NCBI GenBank assembly: GCA_963678065.2
Contig: CAXXVZ010000004.1
Location: 640,001 to 704,000, forward strand
DNA length: 64,000 nucleotides
Origin: Treponemataceae bacterium
Lineage (GTDB): Bacteria > Spirochaetota > Spirochaetia > Treponematales > Rectinemataceae
Direction: 5' to 3'
The notes below the pieces were generated by a model, which did not search any database, was not told where the DNA came from, and saw only the letters and a list, made by a program, of their open reading frames with translations. Shown here piece by piece: positions 10,284 through 19,528 of the stretch (the first letter of the stretch is position 1; each line of letters begins with the position of its first letter). Made by a program: the position numbers and the translations under genes.

Positions 10284-11081
10284 TCAGACCAGAGCCTTGG
10301 CGGCGAGAAATTCCATGAGACTGTCGACGGCGGCGACGACGCCCTCGTCGTCCTCGGCGCGGACTGTCCGCCCGCCGCGCGTGACCTTCGGGGTGTCGAT
10401 CTTCACGACCTTCGTCGGCGAACCCCGGAGCCCTATGAATGTCGGGTCGAGCTCCATGTTCTCCGTTCCGTAGACGGGTATCGCGAGCTGCTTCGCGTAT
10501 TTCTTTCCACGCAGAGTCGGCAGACGGGGCGAGGCGATTTCCTTGACCACGGTCAGAAGGGCGGGCAGCGGCAGCGAGAGGATCTGGTAGCCATCCTCGA
10601 CGAGGCGCTCCACGGTGATCCTGCCGCCCTCGATCCCTCCCAGCCTCGCGACGTAGGTGGCGACGGGGAGGTCGAGCCAGGAGGCTATCCCGGGGCCGAC
10701 CTGGGCCGTGTCCCCGTCCGTCGCGCGCTCTCCCGCGATCACGAGGTCGAAGGCGCCTGTCTTCCTGATGGCCTGGGCGAGGGTGTAGGAGGTGGCCCAG
10801 GTGTCGGAGCCGGAGAACTTCCTGTCCGAGACGAGTACGGCCTCGTCGCAGCCCATCGCGATGACGTCCTTCAGAGCCTTGACGGCCTGGGACGGGCCCA
10901 TGGTCAGAACAGTCACCGTCCCTCCGTACTGCTGCTTCAGCCGGAGTGCGGTCTCGACGGCGTACAGGTCGAGGGGATTGACGACAGTCTCGACTCCCGC
11001 CCGGATCACGGTGCCCGTGACGGGATCCATCTTGACATTGCTCGTCTCGGGGACCTGCTTTATCGGAACGACGATTTTCAA
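10284..11081 (-). CDS. etfB: Electron transfer flavoprotein beta subunit (bifurcating-type motif)
   Basis: IVVPIKQVP and GERATDGDTAQVGP. TTG start after a GAGGAGG RBS. Confidence 0.92.
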   Translation of the reverse strand: MKIVVPIKQVPETSNVKMDPVTGTVIRAGVETVVNPLDLYAVETALRLKQQYGGTVTVLTMGPSQAVKALKDVIAMGCDEAVLVSDRKFSGSDTWATSYTLAQAIRKTGAFDLVIAGERATDGDTAQVGPGIASWLDLPVATYVARLGGIEGGRITVERLVEDGYQILSLPLPALLTVVKEIASPRLPTLRGKKYAKQLAIPVYGTENMELDPTFIGLRGSPTKVVKIDTPKVTRGGRTVRAEDDEGVVAAVDSLMEFLAAKALV

Positions 11082-11177
11082 GGCGACCTCCTCGGTACTC
11101 AAGGGGCTGGGCTGCGTTCGACAAAGCGAACGAGGCCCGCCATCCAAGCTTCCGACCTCCGCATGATAAACCATATT

Positions 11178-11223
11178 TTGACCGCGGTCAACTTTTATTT
11201 TTAAAATTATTGACCGCGGTCAT
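11178..11223. promoter_or_regulatory. Tandem palindromic operators, probably for the TetR of the etf operon
   Basis: TGACCGCGGTCA at 11179-11190 and 11211-11222, flanking an AT-rich spacer between divergent genes. Confidence 0.7.
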
Positions 11224-11343
11224 TTTTTCGACCGGATGGTGCGGACCTCCGGACACAGACCGGCGGCTTTCGGCCCTTGCGAGCGGACGCTTCCCGAAGG
11301 TATTGTGACAGCGGTTAAAGCGCAGGATTTTGGAGGAAAACAG

Positions 11344-13014
11344 TTGCCGAGATACAGGATTCCGCAGCTCAAACTGCGACCCGATCACGAGTGGGCGGAT
11401 ATCGAACGGAAAATAATCGCCGCCCTCGGCGTTACGAAAGACAGTCTCGTCTCGTGGAAAATCGACAGGAAATCCTTCGACGCGCGTGAAAAAACCGATA
11501 TCAGGATCATATACGGCGTGACCGTCGAGCTGAAAACCCCGGCGAAAGGGCCGGGGAAAGGACGCGAGTGGCTGCCCGCCGCCGGGGAAGAAGAATACGC
11601 CTTCCCATCGCCGCGGGGCACAGGCTCCCCGGGCAAGCGTCCCGTCATCGTCGGAAGCGGACCCGCGGGGCTGTTCTGCGCGCTCATCCTCGCTGAGAAC
11701 GGCTACGCCCCGCTCGTCCTCGAGCGCGGCGAGGATGTCGAGAGCAGGATGCGCTCGGTCCGGCGATTCTGGGAGACCGGCGAACTCAAGCCCGATTCCA
11801 ACATGCAATTCGGAGAGGGCGGCGCGGGAACCTTCTCCGACGGCAAGCTCAACACCTCCATCGCGGACCGCGAGCACCAGAACGCCAAGGTCCTGGGCGA
11901 GTTCGTCGAGGCGGGAGCGCCGCCCGAAATCGCCTACAGCAACAAGCCCCACATCGGAACCGACTATCTCCTCACCGTCGTCGGAAATATCCGGAAAAAG
12001 ATCGAGAGTCTCGGCGGCACGGTCCGCTTCAACGCCAAGGTGACCTCCTTCGGTATCGAGTCAGGCGGTATCCGCTCGGTGACCGTGAACGGCTCCGAAT
12101 GCATCGAGGCTCCGGTCCTCGTGCTCGCGATCGGCCACAGCGCACGGGACAGCTTCGAGGAACTCTCCCGCGGCCCGACTCGCATGGAGCAGAAACCCTT
12201 CGCAATAGGCCTCAGGATCGAGCACCCCCAGGAGATGATACAGCGCAATCAGTTCGGGCCCTTCTGGAATCATCCCAAACTGCCCGTCGCGGACTACAAG
12301 CTCAGCCACCAGTCCTCGGGGGGTCGGGGAGTCTACAGCTTCTGCATGTGCCCGGGGGGCTTCGTCGTCAATTCGAGTTCGGAAGCCGGCATGGTCGTCT
12401 GCAACGGTATGAGCAATTTTGCCCGGAACGAGAGAAACGCCAATTCCGCCATCGTCGTAGCCGTCAGGACGGAGGACTTCGGTGGCTCCGGTGTGCTCGC
12501 CGGCATCGAGTTCCAGAGGCGCTGGGAGAGGGCCGCCTTTCTCGCGGCGAATGGCCGCGTGGCGAATGGTGGCCGCGCGGTGGACGATAAGCCTGCGGCG
12601 AACGGAGGCGGCGCCTTCGCCATGCCCGTCCAGCGCCTCGGGGATTTTTTCGCCGGAATCCCTTCGACGCGGCTCGGCGTGATAAAGCCCTGCTCCAGAG
12701 GCGGATACAGTCTCTCCGACCTGAACGGCTGCCTGCCCGGCTTCGTCGCGGGGGCGATAAAGGAAGGAATCCAGGTCTTCGACCGCAGGATAAAGGGCTT
12801 TGCCCACCCGGACGCCGTCCTCACGGGGGTCGAGACGAGGACATCCTCGCCGCTGCGGATCATCCGCGACGCCTCGCTTCAGAGCAATGTCGCCGGGCTG
12901 TATCCCTGCGGCGAAGGAGCGGGCTATGCCGGCGGCATCATGTCCGCCGCCATGGACGGCATCAGGGTCGCCGAGGCCGTCGCCCGGACGATATCCCGCG
13001 GAGCAAATCCATGA
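11344..13014 (+). CDS. Uncharacterised FAD/NAD-dependent oxidoreductase (COG2509-like)
   Basis: VIVGSGPAGLF, QFGEGGAGTFSDGKL, SFCMCPGG, GVETRTSSP, GEGAGYAGGIMSAA. TTG start after GGAGG. Confidence 0.85.
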   Translation: MPRYRIPQLKLRPDHEWADIERKIIAALGVTKDSLVSWKIDRKSFDAREKTDIRIIYGVTVELKTPAKGPGKGREWLPAAGEEEYAFPSPRGTGSPGKRPVIVGSGPAGLFCALILAENGYAPLVLERGEDVESRMRSVRRFWETGELKPDSNMQFGEGGAGTFSDGKLNTSIADREHQNAKVLGEFVEAGAPPEIAYSNKPHIGTDYLLTVVGNIRKKIESLGGTVRFNAKVTSFGIESGGIRSVTVNGSECIEAPVLVLAIGHSARDSFEELSRGPTRMEQKPFAIGLRIEHPQEMIQRNQFGPFWNHPKLPVADYKLSHQSSGGRGVYSFCMCPGGFVVNSSSEAGMVVCNGMSNFARNERNANSAIVVAVRTEDFGGSGVLAGIEFQRRWERAAFLAANGRVANGGRAVDDKPAANGGGAFAMPVQRLGDFFAGIPSTRLGVIKPCSRGGYSLSDLNGCLPGFVAGAIKEGIQVFDRRIKGFAHPDAVLTGVETRTSSPLRIIRDASLQSNVAGLYPCGEGAGYAGGIMSAAMDGIRVAEAVARTISRGANP

Positions 13015-14507
13015 ATCCGGGCTACGCCGTCGCCCTCATCCTTACGGCGATACCGGCTTCCATCGTCGCGACGATGGCTGTAAGGCGCCGTACAGCCGCC
13101 GGCGCCCCGGGACTCGCGGCGGCTTTGATCGCAGTCGTGGTCTGGACCATCACGTACGCGCTCCGCTGGCTCAGCCCCGACGGAGTCGCAGCCGCATTCT
13201 GGCTCGACGCGACGTACCTGGGTGTCGTCACGGCCCCGACTGCCTTCTTCGTCGTCGCGGCCCAGGTGACCGCCGGCCAGAGGCTCTTCACGCGAAAGAA
13301 TCTGGTCCTTGTGTCCATCGAACCATTGCTGACGCTTCTCATCCTCTTCACCGACCGCTTTCACGGCCTGTTCTACGCCGGGATACGGACTTCGGGATCG
13401 ATTCTGAACGGAGGCCCCTGGTTCTGGTTCAACGCCATCTACTCCTACGCGCTCCTCCTCGCGGCGGCCGTTCTGCTCGTGCGCGCACTCACCCGCGCGC
13501 GGGATCTCTACCGCCGCCAGCTCGTCGCCCTCCTCGTGGGAATGCTCCTGCCCTGGCTCGGCAACATCGTGAGCCTCGGCCATCTCAGCCCCTTCGCGGA
13601 CCTGGACACGACTCCCTTCATCTTCTTCGCGAGCGGCATCGTGATAGCCTTCGGGCTGTTCCGCTACCGGCTCTTCGACATCGTCCCCGTCGCACACGAT
13701 CTCCTCGTCGAAAGCATGACGGATGGCATGATCGTCGTCGACACCGTATACCGCATCCTCGACCTCAATCCGGCGGCCAGAGCAATCTTCGGCATCTCCG
13801 GGAAGGTCATCGGCCAGCCGGTCGCGGGCATCAAGGAGCTGTGGACCGATCCCGGACGCGTCGACGAGCTGATGCTGGTTCCGAAGCGGGAATGTATCGT
13901 GAAGAGCTCCGCCGACCGCAGCTACGAGGTCTCGGTTTCGCCGGTCAGGGAGAGAAGGAGGGAGGCGAAAGGATGGCTGATTGTCCTCCACGACATCACC
14001 GAGCGCAAGAAATTCGAGGATGAGCTGCGGTACCGAAGCACTCACGACATCCTGACGGGACTGTACAACCGGCAGTACTACGAAGAGGCGATAGACAGGC
14101 TCCAGTCGGAGAGGCGCCATGCCATCTCCGTCGTCATGATGGATCTGGACGGTCTGAAGGAAATCAACGACAGCCGCGGGCACTCGGCGGGCGACGCGCT
14201 GATACGGGAGACCGCCGGGATACTGGCCGGGGTCGTGGAGGGCGAGGATATTCTCGCGCGGGCAGGCGGAGACGAGTTCCTCGTCATCATGCCCGATTCG
14301 GGCATCGTCGCCGCCAACGCCATCGTGGAGAAGATACGCAGGGAGATACACTCCCGCAACGCGAAAGAGACGGGGATGCCGGCCATCAGGCTTTCCATGG
14401 GCATCGCCGTCAGGACAGCCAACGAGCCTCTCTTTGCCACCATGAAGCGGGCCGACGACGCGATGTACCGGGAAAAGAACATGAAAAAAGCGCAGGTTGA
14501 TGCCTGA
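13011..14507 (+). CDS. Diguanylate cyclase with an N-terminal 7TM (HisKA_7TM-like) domain and PAS
   Basis: About 7 TM helices ending FRYRLFDIVP, a PAS segment, HDILTGLYNR, DLDGLKEINDSRGH and GGDEF. Confidence 0.9.
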   Translation: MNPGYAVALILTAIPASIVATMAVRRRTAAGAPGLAAALIAVVVWTITYALRWLSPDGVAAAFWLDATYLGVVTAPTAFFVVAAQVTAGQRLFTRKNLVLVSIEPLLTLLILFTDRFHGLFYAGIRTSGSILNGGPWFWFNAIYSYALLLAAAVLLVRALTRARDLYRRQLVALLVGMLLPWLGNIVSLGHLSPFADLDTTPFIFFASGIVIAFGLFRYRLFDIVPVAHDLLVESMTDGMIVVDTVYRILDLNPAARAIFGISGKVIGQPVAGIKELWTDPGRVDELMLVPKRECIVKSSADRSYEVSVSPVRERRREAKGWLIVLHDITERKKFEDELRYRSTHDILTGLYNRQYYEEAIDRLQSERRHAISVVMMDLDGLKEINDSRGHSAGDALIRETAGILAGVVEGEDILARAGGDEFLVIMPDSGIVAANAIVEKIRREIHSRNAKETGMPAIRLSMGIAVRTANEPLFATMKRADDAMYREKNMKKAQVDA

Positions 14508-14566
14508 GCGAAATCCGACTGTCACCGGGCCGGTGCCGGAGTAGCACAGACCAGCCGGGTCGGCGA

Positions 14567-14929
14567 TCAGGACTTGATCAGGGCGGCCCAGGCCTCGGGA
14601 TCGTTTCCGATGACGGCTTTGCGCCCTTCCCGTACGATGGGAGTCCTCAGGAGAAGCGGATCGGCGAGAATTTCTTCCTCGATATCGAAATCCATGTATT
14701 TCAGTCCCCGCGCGACGAACCGCTGACCTGAGCGGTCCAGCAGGGATTCGGCCCCGAGAGCTGCGCCTTGGGCTGACGAAAGGGCTTCGCGGACGCTCCG
14801 TAGTTCGCCGGGGCTGATACCCTTGTCGGCGAGATCGATAAACTGGAACCTGATTCCGCGTTCCTTGAAGAAACGCTCGGCTTTTTTCGTGTCCTGGCAC
14901 TTCTTCGTGCCGAATATCTGCAAGGCCAT
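14567..14929 (-). CDS. ArsC/Spx (YffB-like) family protein
   Basis: IFGTKKCQDTKKAERFFKERG...PLLLRTPIVR. Confidence 0.8.
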   Translation of the reverse strand: MALQIFGTKKCQDTKKAERFFKERGIRFQFIDLADKGISPGELRSVREALSSAQGAALGAESLLDRSGQRFVARGLKYMDFDIEEEILADPLLLRTPIVREGRKAVIGNDPEAWAALIKS

Positions 14930-14960
14930 GGGCCGATTATAGCGATCGACCGTGCTGCCG

Positions 14961-15001
14961 AAAAGGTCGAACCGAGGCTCGAGCCGAGCCACGGTTCGAC
15001 C
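14961..15001 (-). terminator. Intrinsic terminator after the GH4 operon
   Basis: GGTCGAACCG...CGGTTCGACC stem followed by TTTT on the minus strand. Confidence 0.65.
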
Positions 15002-15007
15002 CTCAGT

Positions 15008-16396
15008 TCAGACCTTCCAGTCCGCGAAATGCCGCGAAGTCGCGGCGATCATCTTCGCGTAGAGTTTCTCGGCCTCGGCGGGGGCGGCGGTCATCAGCGG
15101 ATCGTTGAGGAAGGCAGGGAAGGCGGCGCTCGCGTCGCGGGCCAGGGCGGCAGCGAGTATGGTCTCGTGGTTCGCGACGTGGCGGGCGACATGGCCATGG
15201 ATGGACGATGGAAGAAAGCCCGCGAGGACCGGCCGAACCGAGTCGCCCGAGAATACGGCGTTCGTCTCGACCACGGCCTTCGCCGGCAGGCCCTCGATCT
15301 GGCCGTGATTCGGAAGGTTGACGTTGGTCAGGATGGAGCCGAGGCCCAGAAGCGCCTTGATCTGTCCCACGCCCTCCTCGCCCGAACTCGCGAGGACGAA
15401 GGGCTCGGCGCCTGAGGCGAGGCGCGCGCTCTTCTCGCGCAGCTTTCTGGCATTTTCGATGCGCCAGGAGACGGGCGTGAGGCTGAACTTCCAGGAAGCG
15501 ACGGTGGCCGGGTCCTTGAGGTACCAAGGCGGCATGAACTCCGCGAGGTGGCGGTCTCCCGCGGCGGCTATGAGGCCGAAGCGGCGGAAGAGGTCGAACT
15601 TGACGCGCTCCGCCGAGGCGAACCAGCTGTTCAGCCAGCTTCCTCCCTCGGCGCCCTCGTAGCCTTCCGCGAAGTGCCTGTCGGCGAAGGCCGCATAGGC
15701 AGGGAAAAGGTCAGTCCCCCTGTACGAGGCCCGGTCCAGCCAGGTGAAGTGGTTGATGCCGAGGACGTTGACTTCGATATCCTTCCTCGTGGCGTCTTGT
15801 GCGCCGAGTTCCTCCCGCGCGACCATGGCGAGGAGCTTCTGCGTGCCGAAGACCTCGTGGCAGCAGCCGAATGCCTTGATCCCAGGAAACACTTCGTAGA
15901 GCGTGCGCACGCAGAGCGCCATGGGGTTCGTGTAGTTGATGACCCAGGCTGTGGGGCAGGTTTCGCGGATGGCGCGGGCGATTGTCCCGAACATAGGGAT
16001 TGTCCGGAGGGCGCGCAGGAGGCCTCCGGGTCCGGCAGTGTCGCCCACGGACTGGTAGATCCCGTATTCCTCGGGGGCGTGGACGTCCGAGGCCATCTCC
16101 TCGAAGCTCCCCGGAAGTATGGAGATGACGACGAAATCCGCGCCCTCGAGCGCCGTTTCCAGACTCGGCGAGGTCTCGTACTTCCATTTTCCGACCGCGT
16201 CGGGGCGGGCCGAGACCATGTTGCCGATCTTCTCGTTGGCGAGGGCGGCCTCGGTCTCGATGTCGTATAACTTCACCCTGCCGGAGAGGGCCGGCTCGAG
16301 CGCAAGGTCGCTCATGAGGTTCCAGGCCCATCCTCGCGAGCCGCCGCCGATGTAGGTGATAGTCAGATTGTCGCGTTTTTCCGTGTTCGTGGTCAT
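15008..16396 (-). CDS. GH4 alpha-galacturonidase (LplD-like)
   Basis: YIGGGSRGWAW, QSVGDTAGPGG, INYTNPM, GCCHEV and GINHFTW. The CHEV motif is typical of GH4 galacturonidases. Confidence 0.85.
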   Translation of the reverse strand: MTTNTEKRDNLTITYIGGGSRGWAWNLMSDLALEPALSGRVKLYDIETEAALANEKIGNMVSARPDAVGKWKYETSPSLETALEGADFVVISILPGSFEEMASDVHAPEEYGIYQSVGDTAGPGGLLRALRTIPMFGTIARAIRETCPTAWVINYTNPMALCVRTLYEVFPGIKAFGCCHEVFGTQKLLAMVAREELGAQDATRKDIEVNVLGINHFTWLDRASYRGTDLFPAYAAFADRHFAEGYEGAEGGSWLNSWFASAERVKFDLFRRFGLIAAAGDRHLAEFMPPWYLKDPATVASWKFSLTPVSWRIENARKLREKSARLASGAEPFVLASSGEEGVGQIKALLGLGSILTNVNLPNHGQIEGLPAKAVVETNAVFSGDSVRPVLAGFLPSSIHGHVARHVANHETILAAALARDASAAFPAFLNDPLMTAAPAEAEKLYAKMIAATSRHFADWKV

Positions 16397-17466
16397 AGCA
16401 TATCCTTTTCTGCGTTGAATTTTCCGGACGAATCGAGCGTGCCCAGCGAGTCGTAGAGCTTGGAAAGGAAGGACAGTGCGAGGCCCTGCCCCCAGCCCTG
16501 GAGGCGTTTCTTCGGCACGAGGCGGTAGTCGGAGGCCGAAGCCATCACCGCCGTCCCCGCGGAGACGTTCCGCACCGATCCGTCGGGATCGATGTTGGCC
16601 CTGAGCCCTTCGTAGGCCCGCAGGATGTATTTGGCGTGCGTGGGCCTTCCGAAGCGCACGAGGGCAGCGCCGATTCCCGCCGAAGCGGAAGTCTCGCAGT
16701 AGCTCTCCGGGTCATCGAGAATCGTGTGCCAGAGCCCCGAAGCGTCCTGGAGCCTGACGAGGGCGGCGAGCTGGTCGCGCAAGCTACCTTCAATGCCCAT
16801 GAAATCCGGATACATGTAATCGATGAGTCCGAGGGCTTCCGACATAGTGAGGGCGGCCCATGCGTTGGCCCGCGCCCAGTGGATGCCCGAGAGGTGGCTT
16901 TGGCTCGCATCGTCCCAGGCGTGGAAGTACAGATCGTTCGCGGGATCCTGCAGGAGCTCCTCGTGCCGCCTGTACTGCAAAAGAGCATCGTCGATCCAGG
17001 CCTTCTCGCCTGTTTCGACTCCCATCCTCAGGAGAAAATACGCAGCCATGAAGAGGGTGTCCGCCCAGGCCTGGCCGGGAAAATCGTTGTCCGCCGAGAC
17101 CGTGTGCTGGAAGACTCCCTGCGCGAAGCGCGGCGCCTCCTCGCGCAGGTGGGCGACTTTTTCGAGCGCAATGTCGAAGTATTTCTTCTCGCCCGTCGCC
17201 CTGTAGAGATCGAGCATGGTGTGACCCATGGAGACCGAGTTGACCATGAAGGGAGGAAGACCCAGGTCGAGATACTCGTCGGTCCAGCGGCGGAGGTAGT
17301 CGATCCATTCGACCTTTCCCAGAGAGGCGTAGGCGCGGGAAAGCCCGTAAAATGCGACGCCCGTCGGCCAGTTCCAGTCGAAATCCATGGTCATGGTCTT
17401 CGTCGCCACGGCTTCGACGAGGCCGCGGACTTCATTCCTGTCTATGTTCAGAAGGGGATGCGCCAT
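16393..17466 (-). CDS. GH105 unsaturated (rhamno)galacturonyl hydrolase (YesR-like)
   Basis: MDFDWNWPTGVAFYG, QAWADTLFM, WARANAW and ETSASAG. Start uncertain (17466 or 17568). Confidence 0.85.
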   Translation of the reverse strand: MAHPLLNIDRNEVRGLVEAVATKTMTMDFDWNWPTGVAFYGLSRAYASLGKVEWIDYLRRWTDEYLDLGLPPFMVNSVSMGHTMLDLYRATGEKKYFDIALEKVAHLREEAPRFAQGVFQHTVSADNDFPGQAWADTLFMAAYFLLRMGVETGEKAWIDDALLQYRRHEELLQDPANDLYFHAWDDASQSHLSGIHWARANAWAALTMSEALGLIDYMYPDFMGIEGSLRDQLAALVRLQDASGLWHTILDDPESYCETSASAGIGAALVRFGRPTHAKYILRAYEGLRANIDPDGSVRNVSAGTAVMASASDYRLVPKKRLQGWGQGLALSFLSKLYDSLGTLDSSGKFNAEKDML

Positions 17467-17577
17467 CTCTTCAGGTTCTCCTTGCGGAATTCCGTTCCGT
17501 CCCGATGCTAGACCTTCCGGCCCCTCTTTGTCCACGCTCGGGGTCATATCCACAGCATGCCTCATCATGAGAGCGCA

Positions 17578-18429
17578 TCATCCCTTGATCCCCGTCGTCG
17601 CGATACCTTCCACGAGGTATTTCTGGAAGGCGATGAAGAGCACGAAGACCGGCACAAGGCTCAGGAAGGACATGGCGAAGATGGCGCCCCAGTCCGTGAG
17701 ACCGGAAGGGTCCGCGAAGGATCTGAGAGCGATGGACAGGGTGTACTGCTTCGGGTTGTTGAGGTAGATGAGGGGCGTCAGGAAATCGTTCCAGGTCCAG
17801 TAGAAAGAAAAGATCGAACCAGTGAACAGGGCGGGCTTCAGGAGGGGCAGGAGGATCTTCGTGAAGATGGCCACCCTCCCCGATCCGTCTATGGAGGCCG
17901 CCTCGTCGAGCTCGCGCGGGATGCCGCGTATGAACTGCACGAACATGAAGATGAAGAAAGCCTGGCCGAACAGCCTCGGAACGATGAGCGGGAAGTAGGT
18001 GTTCACCCAGCCGATTTTTGCGAACATGATGTACTGGGGAATTATCTGTATCTGCGGGGGAATCATGAGCGTCGCGAGCATCGCGGAGAACCAGATTCTC
18101 TTGCCCGCGAACTCGATCCGCGCGAAGCCGTAGGCCACGAAGGCCGAGGACATGATGGTGAACAGCGCCCCGAGCACGGAGTAGAATATCGTGTTCTTGT
18201 AGAACAGCGTGAAGGAGATCCCGCCGAAGCCCTTCCAGCCGTTCCGGTAATTGTCGAAAGTGAAATGCTCGGGGATGAGGGAGTAGACTTTGCTCCACAT
18301 CTCGGAGGGGCTCTTGAAGGAACTCGCCGCGAGCCAGAGGATGGGGTAGATCATCGCGATGCTCGTCAGGGCCACCACGGTGTGGAAGATCACGGTGGAG
18401 CGGCGGCGCCTGTTTTTCGTCGTCATCAT
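17578..18429 (-). CDS. Carbohydrate ABC permease (YesQ-like)
   Basis: EAA motif IPRELDEAASIDG and WNDFLTPLIYL. Confidence 0.9.
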   Translation of the reverse strand: MMTTKNRRRRSTVIFHTVVALTSIAMIYPILWLAASSFKSPSEMWSKVYSLIPEHFTFDNYRNGWKGFGGISFTLFYKNTIFYSVLGALFTIMSSAFVAYGFARIEFAGKRIWFSAMLATLMIPPQIQIIPQYIMFAKIGWVNTYFPLIVPRLFGQAFFIFMFVQFIRGIPRELDEAASIDGSGRVAIFTKILLPLLKPALFTGSIFSFYWTWNDFLTPLIYLNNPKQYTLSIALRSFADPSGLTDWGAIFAMSFLSLVPVFVLFIAFQKYLVEGIATTGIKG

Positions 18430-19382
18430 CACTTTCCCTCCGACTCGTAGAAGACCCAGCGCCCCGAGGTCTTGAAGATCGCGGCGGACAGAAGCGCGGT
18501 CACGAACATCAGCACCCAGGCCATACCCGACCCGTAGCCCATCTGGAAGGTCTCGAAAGCCCGCCTGTACAGGTAGAGCGCGTAGAAATTGGTGTTGTCG
18601 AGGGGCTGTCCGTTCGTTATGACGAGGGCCGGCGTGAACACGATGAGCCCGTTTATTGTCTGCATCACGAGGTTGAAGAAGATGATCGGCGTGAGCATCG
18701 GCAGGGTGATGGAGAAGAACTTGCGGATGGGCCCGGCGCCGTCTATCGAAGAGGATTCGTAGAGCTCGTTCGGTATCTGCTTGAGTCCCGCGAGGAATAT
18801 CAGCATGGCGGAGCCGAACTGCCAGGCCGCGAGAAGGATGAGCGTCCAGATGGCAAAGTGGGGATCGGCGAGCCACAGGCGCTTGCCGGGGAACCCGAGG
18901 AAGCGCAGGAGGGAGTTGACGAGTCCGTCCCCGCCGAAAATCTGACGCCACATGACGGCCACGGCCACCGAATCGCCGACGACGGAGGGAGCGTAATACA
19001 GAGCCCTGTAAATCCCGATCCCGCGGCGCTTCTTGTTGAGCAGCATGGCCACGCCGAGGGCGAAGCCGAGCCTCAAGGGCACGGCGGTGACGGCGTAGTA
19101 CAGGGTCACGCTGACCGACTTCCAGTAGCGCGGATCGTTAAAAAACATCTTTTTGAAATTCTGCAGGCCGGTCCAGCGCGGAGGCGAGAAGATGTCGTAC
19201 TCGGTGAACGAGAGGTAGAGACTCGCGAGGAGGGGCAGGAGGGTCAGGGCGAGAAAACCGAAGAGCCAGGGAGCGATGAAGAAATAACCGGCCCGATTGT
19301 CGCTTCTCCTGCGCCGGAGGGTTCCCGGGTCTTTCACTGCCCTGCCTGTTCCAGGGCCTGTGCCCTTTACATGTGCGTCCAT
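18429..19382 (-). CDS. Carbohydrate ABC permease (YesP-like)
   Basis: GYFFIAPWLFGF and IFLAGLKQIPNELYESSSIDGA. Confidence 0.9.
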   Translation of the reverse strand: MDAHVKGTGPGTGRAVKDPGTLRRRRSDNRAGYFFIAPWLFGFLALTLLPLLASLYLSFTEYDIFSPPRWTGLQNFKKMFFNDPRYWKSVSVTLYYAVTAVPLRLGFALGVAMLLNKKRRGIGIYRALYYAPSVVGDSVAVAVMWRQIFGGDGLVNSLLRFLGFPGKRLWLADPHFAIWTLILLAAWQFGSAMLIFLAGLKQIPNELYESSSIDGAGPIRKFFSITLPMLTPIIFFNLVMQTINGLIVFTPALVITNGQPLDNTNFYALYLYRRAFETFQMGYGSGMAWVLMFVTALLSAAIFKTSGRWVFYESEGK

Positions 19383-19471
19383 TCTGAATCCTGTAGGTGG
19401 TTTGAATGAAGCCAGAAGACCGGCGGCGCGCAGTCGCCAGTCTTCCCGCCCTGTTCGTGAATCAGGAATCC

Positions 19472-19512
19472 GGCAGGGTCTTCAGAAAACTGCGTTTTCC
19501 GGAAACCCTGCC
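19472..19512 (-). other. Intercistronic stem-loop after the binding-protein gene
   Basis: Imperfect inverted repeat GGCAGGGT...GAAAAC-TGC-GTTTTC...ACCCTGCC. Confidence 0.5.
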
Positions 19513-19528
19513 CAAAACCGTACGTTCT

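Noticed and set aside
14567..14929. Arsenate reductase forming an ars-hgc arsenic cluster
   Set aside because: It is a single-Cys ArsC/Spx-like protein about 9 kb from hgcA, with no acr3, arsM or arsR nearby. The ArsB/NhaD-like permeases are about 39 kb away and one has a Mn riboswitch.
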